41,567 bases of DNA from Escherichia phage mEpX1: the sequence record NC_019709.1, one strand, 5' to 3'. Shown here one piece after another: positions 36,030-41,567 of the stretch. The stretch's first letter is position 1. Each line of letters begins with the position of its first letter. Both the position numbers and the translations under genes were made by a program. The notes under the pieces are model-generated. The model did not search any database and was not told where the DNA came from. It worked only from the letters and a program-made list of their open reading frames with translations.

Positions 36030-36388
36030 ACGAATATCAGTTTGTGCTTCCATACCCGCCGTCGCTGAACACCTACTGGCGAAGAAGGGGAAGCCAATAC
36101 TACATCAGCGATAAAGGCCAGAAATACCGAAAAGACGTTCAGCAAATCATCCGCCAACTTAAGTTAGACATTTTCACCAAATCACGACTCCGCATCAAAG
36201 TCATCGCAGACGTTCCAGACTCCCGCCGCCGCGACCTCGACAACATCCTGAAAGGTTTACTCGACTCCCTTATCCACGCCGGATTTGCGGAAGACGACGA
36301 GCAATTCGATGACATTCGCGTAATTCGTGGCGTGAAAGTACCAGGCGGAAGGCTTGGAATAAAAATCACCGAACTGGAGAACGCATGA
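36026..36388 (+). CDS. rusA: RusA Holliday junction resolvase
   Basis: 120 aa; RusA-type N-terminus (LPYPPSLNTYWRRRG) and catalytic Asp-rich region. Confidence 0.85.
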   Translation: MNEYQFVLPYPPSLNTYWRRRGSQYYISDKGQKYRKDVQQIIRQLKLDIFTKSRLRIKVIADVPDSRRRDLDNILKGLLDSLIHAGFAEDDEQFDDIRVIRGVKVPGGRLGIKITELENA

Positions 36389-36573
36389 ACGCCACAATTC
36401 AAACGATACCAGAGCTTCTTATCCAGACACGAGGCAATCAGACCGAAGTGGCGAGGATGCTTTCCTGCGCAAGAGGAACAGTGCTCAAGTACAACCGAGA
36501 CAGCAAAGGTGAGCGTCACGTAATAGTTAACGGCGTCCTGATGGTCAAACAGGGCAAGAGGGGAAGACCATGA
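36385..36573 (+). CDS. ninH: NinH
   Basis: 62 aa; TIPELLIQTRGNQTEVARMLSCARGTVLKY resembles lambda NinH as recalled. Confidence 0.65.
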   Translation: MNATIQTIPELLIQTRGNQTEVARMLSCARGTVLKYNRDSKGERHVIVNGVLMVKQGKRGRP

Positions 36574-37193
36574 GACTCGAAAGCGTAGCTAAATTTCACT
36601 CGCCAAAAAGCCCGATGATGAGCGACTCACCACGGGCCACGGCTTCTGACTCTCTTTCCGGTACTGATGTGATGGCTGCTATGGGGATGGCGCAATCACA
36701 AGCCGGATTCGGAATGGCTGCATTCTGCGGTAAGCATGAACTCAGCCAGAACGACAAACAAAAGGCTATCAACTATCTGATGCAATTTGCACACAAGGTA
36801 TCGGGGAAATACCGTGGTGTGGCAAAGCTTGAAGGAAATACTAAGGCAAAGGTACTGCAAGTTCTCGCAACATTCGCTTATGCGGATTATTGCCGTAGTG
36901 CCGCGACGCCGGGTGCAAGATGCAGAGATTGCCACGGTACAGGTCGGGCGGTTGATATTGCCAAAACAGAGCAGTGGGGGAGAGTTGTTGAGAAAGAGTG
37001 TGGAAGATGCAAAGGCGTCGGTTATTCAAGGATGCCAGCAAGCGCCGCATATCGCGCTGTAACGATGCTAATCCCAAACCTTACTCAACCCACCTGGTCA
37101 CGCACTGTTAAGCCGCTGTATGACGCTCTGGTGGTGCAATGCCACAAGGAAGAGTCAATTGCAGACAACATTTTGAACGCGGTCACACGTTAG
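36570..37193 (+). CDS. Q: Late antiterminator Q
   Basis: 207 aa with zinc-finger-like CRDCHGTGR...CGRCKG; immediately upstream of the late promoter/terminator region and lysis genes. Confidence 0.8.
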   Translation: MRLESVAKFHSPKSPMMSDSPRATASDSLSGTDVMAAMGMAQSQAGFGMAAFCGKHELSQNDKQKAINYLMQFAHKVSGKYRGVAKLEGNTKAKVLQVLATFAYADYCRSAATPGARCRDCHGTGRAVDIAKTEQWGRVVEKECGRCKGVGYSRMPASAAYRAVTMLIPNLTQPTWSRTVKPLYDALVVQCHKEESIADNILNAVTR

Positions 37194-37299
37194 CAGCATG
37201 ATTGCCACGGATGGCAACATATTAACGGCATGATATTGACTTTTTGAATAAAGTTGGGTAAATTTGACATCAACGATGGATAAATGCACTCGTTAAATA

Positions 37300-37330
37300 A
37301 AGCCCTGAGTTAATAGCTCGGGGCTTTTTG
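37300..37330 (+). terminator. tR'-like terminator downstream of late promoter
   Basis: Stem agccctgag/ctcggggct plus ttttt within the Q-S intergenic region. Confidence 0.5.
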
Positions 37331-37626
37331 CGTTTTAAGCGCGGCCTTTCTGAAAGCACATCAAACCAAATACCAGACAGACAATACCATCACCTTATCC
37401 GCTGTGGCTACGGTGCGGTGTGCTTTGTATAAAAGAAAACTAGCTCAATGTCTGGCTTCGTGAAAGCGGGTGGCAGGAGGTTGCGCTAACAACCTCATGC
37501 CGTTTTGCCCGTGCATATCGGTCACGAACAAATCTGATTACTAAACACAGTAACCTGGATTTGTTCTATCAGTAATCGACCTTATTCCTAATTAAATAGA
37601 GCAAATCCCCTTATTGGGGGTAAGAC

Positions 37627-37950
37627 ATGAAGATGCCAGAAAAAAATGACCTGTTAGCCGCCATTCTCGCGGCAAAGGAACAAGGCATCGGGGCAATCCT
37701 TGCGTTTGCAATGGCGTACCTTCGCGGAAGATATAATGGCGGTGCGTTTACAAAAACAGTAATCGACGCAACGATGTGCGCCATTATCGCCTGGTTCATT
37801 CGTGACCTTCTCGACTTCGCCGGACTAAGTAGCAACCTCGCTTATATAACGAGCGTGTTCATCGGCTATATCGGTACTGACTCGATTGGTTCGCTTATCA
37901 AACGCTTCGCTGCTAAAAAAGCCGGAGTAGAAGATGGTGGAAATCAATAA
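37627..37950 (+). CDS. S: Holin (lambda S-like, class I, dual-start MKM)
   Basis: 107 aa; from memory nearly identical to lambda S ([37 protein letters not shown]...). Confidence 0.9.
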   Translation: MKMPEKNDLLAAILAAKEQGIGAILAFAMAYLRGRYNGGAFTKTVIDATMCAIIAWFIRDLLDFAGLSSNLAYITSVFIGYIGTDSIGSLIKRFAAKKAGVEDGGNQ

Positions 37951-38410
37951 TCAACGTAAGGCGTTCCTCGATATGCTGGCGTGGTCGGAGGGAACTGATA
38001 ACGGACGTCAGAAAACCAGAAATCATGGTTATGACGTCATTGTAGGAGGAGAGCTATTCACTGATTACTCAGATCACCCTCGCAAACTTGTCACGCTAAA
38101 CCCCAAACTCAAATCAACAGCAGCCGGACGTTACCAGCTTCTTTCCCGTTGGTGGGATGCCTATCGTAAGCAGCTTGGCCTGAAAGACTTCTCTCCGAAA
38201 AGCCAGGACGCTGTGGCACTGCAGCAGATTAAAGAGCGTGGCGCTTTACCGATGATTGATCGCGGTGATATTCGTCAGGCTATCGACCGTTGCAGCAATA
38301 TCTGGGCTTCACTGCCGGGCGCTGGCTATGGCCAGTTCGAGCATAAGGCTGACAGCCTGATTGCAAAATTCAAAGAAGTTGGCGGAACGGTCAGAGAGAT
38401 TGAGGTATGA
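37934..38410 (+). CDS. R: Endolysin (lambda R-like lytic transglycosylase)
   Basis: 158 aa; catalytic region [11 protein letters not shown] as in lambda R; overlaps S stop. Confidence 0.9.
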   Translation: MVEINNQRKAFLDMLAWSEGTDNGRQKTRNHGYDVIVGGELFTDYSDHPRKLVTLNPKLKSTAAGRYQLLSRWWDAYRKQLGLKDFSPKSQDAVALQQIKERGALPMIDRGDIRQAIDRCSNIWASLPGAGYGQFEHKADSLIAKFKEVGGTVREIEV

Positions 38411-38844
38411 GCAGAGTAACCGCGATTATCTCCGCTCTGGTTATCTGCATCATCGTCTGCCTGTCATGGGCTGTTAATCATTACCGTGATAACGCCATGA
38501 CCTACAAAGAGCAGCGCGATAAGGCCACATCCACAATCGCTGACATGCAGAAGCGTCAACGTGACGTAGCAGAACTCGATGCCAGATATACAAAGGAGCT
38601 TGCTGATGCTAACGCGACTATCGAAAGTCTCCGTGCTGATGTTTCTGCTGGGCGTAAGCGCCTGCAAGTCGCCGCCACCTGTGCAAAGTCAACGACCGGA
38701 GCCAGCGGCATGGGCGATGGAGAAAGCCCAGGACTTACAGCAGATGCTGAACTCAATTATTACCGTCTCCGAAGTGGAATCGACAGGATAACCGCGCAAG
38801 TTAACTACCTGCAGGAGTACATCAGGACTCAGTGCCTGAAATAA
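38407..38844 (+). CDS. Rz: Rz i-spanin
   Basis: 145 aa; N-terminal TM ([30 protein letters not shown]) and coiled-coil periplasmic domain. Confidence 0.85.
   Translation: MSRVTAIISALVICIIVCLSWAVNHYRDNAMTYKEQRDKATSTIADMQKRQRDVAELDARYTKELADANATIESLRADVSAGRKRLQVAATCAKSTTGASGMGDGESPGLTADAELNYYRLRSGIDRITAQVNYLQEYIRTQCLK
38606..38791 (+). CDS. Rz1: Rz1 o-spanin lipoprotein embedded in Rz
   Basis: +1-frame ORF inside Rz; signal peptide with lipobox LLGVSAC then Pro-rich segment. Confidence 0.7.
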   Translation: MLTRLSKVSVLMFLLGVSACKSPPPVQSQRPEPAAWAMEKAQDLQQMLNSIITVSEVESTG

Positions 38845-38874
38845 TTTTTTTGCAAATCACAAAGTCCATTTAAT

Positions 38875-38902
38875 GAGCCTCGCGAAAAGCGGGGCTTTTT
38901 TA
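38875..38902 (+). terminator. Intrinsic terminator after lysis cassette
   Basis: 8-bp stem agcctcgc/gcggggct (one G-U) with gaaaa loop plus T6. Confidence 0.55.
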
Positions 38903-39052
38903 TGTCCGCAGTAAACCGCGCATTCTCGTGCGCATATCAACCAAGAGCTTTTCGGGATATGAGACAGAGACAGGACGGTGGCTTACATCGTGCCGCTCTT
39001 GGGCTGTCCATGTCTGCGAGAACTGGCTCATATCACCAAAAAGGTAAATACG

Positions 39053-39781
39053 ATGTCCAATATCATCCCGATTGATTTCGAAGGCCATCCCATGCGTTTT
39101 TCTGAAGATGGCTGGTTTGACGCGACTGCGGCAGCTGACAAGTTCAACAAGGAGCCGGCTCAGTGGCTTAGGCTTCCTGAGACTGTCCGTTACATCGAGG
39201 CGTTAAAGAGTAGATATGGGAATATCACATATGTAAAAACCAGCCGCGCTCGCAAAGACCGTGGCGGCGGAACATGGCTTCACCCAAAACTGGCGGTCAG
39301 ATTTGCTCGATGGCTTTCTGTAGATTTTGAGATCTGGTGTGATGAGCAAATTGACGCAATCATTCAGGGTTCCGTTCATCATATCGACGATGAAAGAATA
39401 AAGGCTATTTTCCTTCTGGATAAATCTCAGCCATGGGAAAAGAGGTTTAGCGATCCGTTTTATTCTGCGATGTTCAAAATGTCAGGGCTGCCCCGTCATC
39501 GACCAGGTCGTCGCCCCGCACTATTTGGGATGATCAGTGCCAAGTGGGTATATGGCCCGGTATTACCACCAGAAGTATATGCAGAGGTTAAAAGACGGCT
39601 GGCTGCGGGAGACAAAATCCATCAGCACCTTAAACCTGACGCGCTGACATTGGTTGAGCGACAGATCATTGCCGTTACCAGCATTGCCAATGGGTGCTCT
39701 GATTATCGTGATTTCGAAGCGCGTTGCATGTCGGCATTCCCGGTGAAAGGGCAGATGAAATTGCTCTATGCGGCGGCCTGA
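39053..39781 (+). CDS. KilA-N domain DNA-binding protein
   Basis: ~242 aa from MSNIIPIDFEG (SD aagg); N-terminal KilA-N-like region; late-region accessory gene. Confidence 0.5.
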   Translation: MSNIIPIDFEGHPMRFSEDGWFDATAAADKFNKEPAQWLRLPETVRYIEALKSRYGNITYVKTSRARKDRGGGTWLHPKLAVRFARWLSVDFEIWCDEQIDAIIQGSVHHIDDERIKAIFLLDKSQPWEKRFSDPFYSAMFKMSGLPRHRPGRRPALFGMISAKWVYGPVLPPEVYAEVKRRLAAGDKIHQHLKPDALTLVERQIIAVTSIANGCSDYRDFEARCMSAFPVKGQMKLLYAAA

Positions 39782-40041
39782 TCATGAGCACCCGAATAAT
39801 AGAATGCGCCTCCAGAGCGGGGCGCGACTTCTCAGAGTTCATGAAAGGCGAGAAGGGCATGATGGAAGCATTGGCCTCGGTGGATGAGTTTGGCGAGCAA
39901 CTCCGTATTAACGGTTGCGTCAACCATCACTTTGTCAGCTACATGATGCGGAACTCGATCATGCAGGCATTCATGGACATGGCAAAAGCCGAGAGGAAAG
40001 AAGAGCGCCGGCGTAAGCGAGCGGAAGCAAAAGCGAAGTAA
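39724..40041 (+). CDS. Hypothetical protein with Lys/Arg-rich C-terminus
   Basis: ORF-track call; start uncertain (possibly 39784). Confidence 0.35.
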   Translation: MHVGIPGERADEIALCGGLIMSTRIIECASRAGRDFSEFMKGEKGMMEALASVDEFGEQLRINGCVNHHFVSYMMRNSIMQAFMDMAKAERKEERRRKRAEAKAK

Positions 40042-40267
40042 CCATTACAAAGCTCATCTGCTGGTGGGCTTGATAATGAAACCGGAGTTAATTTCTGGTC
40101 ACTAATTAACGGCAGCACCGCGAAACAACCCAAGCCAGTAAGTGGGGAAATAACACTGGCAGCCACTGAAAGATGAACCTCCCGCCTTATGGCAAAAAAG
40201 ATTCTTTGTGGTGGCGGACTGATGGAAAGACATCCTAATCAAGCAACCACTCTACAGGGTCATAATT

Positions 40268-40639
40268 ATGAACGACCAGCAAATCGAAAAAGAAATCGCA
40301 GCCAATGGTAAGACGGCGGCTCGCGTTACTCCTGAACACATTGCCAGCATAATCGCCAGCGAACATTACTTTACGGCCGCTGATGGTGCTCGCTTTGCTC
40401 ATGTGCAGAGAAGCGAAACATACAGCGTAAAAATCCCAGACCAGCCTGACGAGCTGGAGCTGCTGACATTCTGCGTTCTGGTGCTGAAGAATGGCTTTAC
40501 GGTCACCGGGGAAAGCGCCTGCGCCAGCCCAGAGAACTTCGATGAAGAAATCGGGCGCAAGATTGCTCGCCAGAATGCTGTAAACAAAATCTGGATGCTC
40601 GAAGGTTACTTGCTGAAGCAGAAGCTAAGCGAACAGTAG
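40268..40639 (+). CDS. Hypothetical conserved late-region protein
   Basis: 123-aa ORF with SD; no motif recognised with confidence. Confidence 0.45.
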   Translation: MNDQQIEKEIAANGKTAARVTPEHIASIIASEHYFTAADGARFAHVQRSETYSVKIPDQPDELELLTFCVLVLKNGFTVTGESACASPENFDEEIGRKIARQNAVNKIWMLEGYLLKQKLSEQ

Positions 40640-40827
40640 TTATTACAAAAGCCATTCCCTACAGAGTGGCTTTGATAATGGCTTATACCCTACACGGGAT
40701 AACTTAACTGATATCCCTTTTAACGGATAAACGGAGCCAACAATGGCAGAGATTATTCTCATGACTGAAGAACAGAAATTCCAGTTAGAGATTTACAAAC
40801 TGGTCATGAACCAGAACGCCGCCGTGC

Positions 40828-41181
40828 ATGGAGACTGGCATGAACAAAGAGCCCCGCGTATATGGCAGCCGATGGGATAAGGCCCGTCTGCGTTTTCTCC
40901 AGCAGCACCCACTGTGTGTGATGTGCGAGCAGCAGGGGCGCATAACACCAGCAACGGTGGTCGACCATATCGTGCCCCACAAACTGAAAGATGCGCTTAA
41001 GTCAGGTAACCCTCTGGCCATATCGAAAGCACAGCTCCTGTTCTGGAGTAAAGAGAACTGGCAGCCACTGTGCAAAGCGCATCATGACTCAACGAAACAG
41101 AGAATGGAGAAGAGCGGCGCGGTAATCGGTTGTGATGCCAACGGCTACCCGCTCGATCCTGCGTCTCACTGGAGCACGTAA
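40828..41181 (+). CDS. HNH endonuclease (terminase-associated)
   Basis: HNH signature (DHIVPH...N...CKAHH) with Cys pairs; positioned just upstream of terminase genes across the window junction. Confidence 0.8.
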   Translation: METGMNKEPRVYGSRWDKARLRFLQQHPLCVMCEQQGRITPATVVDHIVPHKLKDALKSGNPLAISKAQLLFWSKENWQPLCKAHHDSTKQRMEKSGAVIGCDANGYPLDPASHWST

Positions 41182-41384
41182 TGAAAGACCTCATCATTGA
41201 ATACCGAGACGGTAAGTTTGTTCAGCTGGCGATTGATGGCGTGGAGATGAAGCGCGTAACGTCTATCCAGTTCTCCCACACCTTAGGCGAGGACGTACCG
41301 ACATTGACCGTGTCAGGACATGTGTGGTCCGAGTATGGGAAAGGCGATCACAAACTCGAACAGGTAGACAAACATTCGGCATAG
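41181..41384 (+). CDS. Hypothetical protein
   Basis: 67-aa ORF coupled to the HNH stop (TAATG). Confidence 0.4.
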   Translation: MKDLIIEYRDGKFVQLAIDGVEMKRVTSIQFSHTLGEDVPTLTVSGHVWSEYGKGDHKLEQVDKHSA

Positions 41385-41389
41385 CGCGG

Positions 41390-41567
41390 CGGCGGCAAGT
41401 CGATTATCTATCATGTGAAATCATTTCAAATGCAATTACATCAAATGAGAATGAATCGCATCAGGGCAGGGGGGGGATCAAATCTTCAAAACCTTTGCCC
41501 CAAATGACCGCCGCCAAAGTTTGAATTTAACGCTAACCCGATTTTTTTAGTTTTAAGGTGTTGACAT
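41390..41567. other. Noncoding packaging region upstream of terS (candidate cos)
   Basis: Contains a G8 run (41469-41476) and tgaccgccgcc (41505-41515), whose complement ggcggcggtca resembles the lambda cohesive-end core as recalled; terS SD at 41546-41551. Confidence 0.3.

Noticed and set aside
36696-37077. ORFs overlapping the Q gene on both strands
   Set aside because: Embedded in or antisense to the Q reading frame, which has strong zinc-finger motif support.
41469-41476. G8 homopolymer as a functional element
   Set aside because: Could equally be a sequencing or assembly artefact near the genome junction; noted only as part of the cos candidate region.
1-41567. Integrated prophage with host flanking DNA
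   Set aside because: Integrase and attP lie in the middle of the window with tail genes upstream and xis downstream (vegetative order), and the two ends are contiguous (SD for the first gene at the last nucleotides); no host-like genes are present.

Overview
The 41.6-kb window reads as one essentially complete temperate lambdoid siphophage genome in vegetative (non-integrated) gene order, linearised at the start codon of the small terminase gene. The Shine-Dalgarno for the ORF at position 1 (aaggtg, 41546-41551) lies at the 3' end of the window, so the ends join. Plus-strand late region: terS, terL, portal, prohead protease, major capsid protein (HK97-type head module), four head-tail joining proteins, major tail protein, G/T-type tail chaperones, a small membrane moron, tape measure, lambda-like M-L-K, a second paralogous membrane moron, I, J, two J-coupled unknown proteins, a small lipoprotein, then a side tail fibre whose distal half lies on a Hin/Gin-type invertible segment next to a serine invertase. 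After that come a probable attP, a tyrosine integrase, and a leftward early operon (xis, accessory genes, Gp157-like, RecT, cIII, N-like protein with nutL). The immunity region is OL/PL, cI, OR, cro, nutR and cII, followed by O with internal ori iterons, a DnaC-like loader, the nin region (NinB/E/F, Rha-family regulator, RusA, NinH), Q, lambda-like S-R-Rz/Rz1, late accessory genes and an HNH endonuclease. No rRNA, tRNA or CRISPR array was found. The strongest candidate for an undescribed system is an AT-rich, translationally coupled two-gene cassette (28971-30379, minus strand) in the slot lambda uses for rexAB, immediately downstream of cI and ending at its own terminator before OL/PL. It encodes a 159-aa protein with a polymerase-beta-type nucleotidyltransferase signature and a 310-aa partner with no recognisable motifs. 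All homology calls are from motif and layout recognition by eye; no database search was run.
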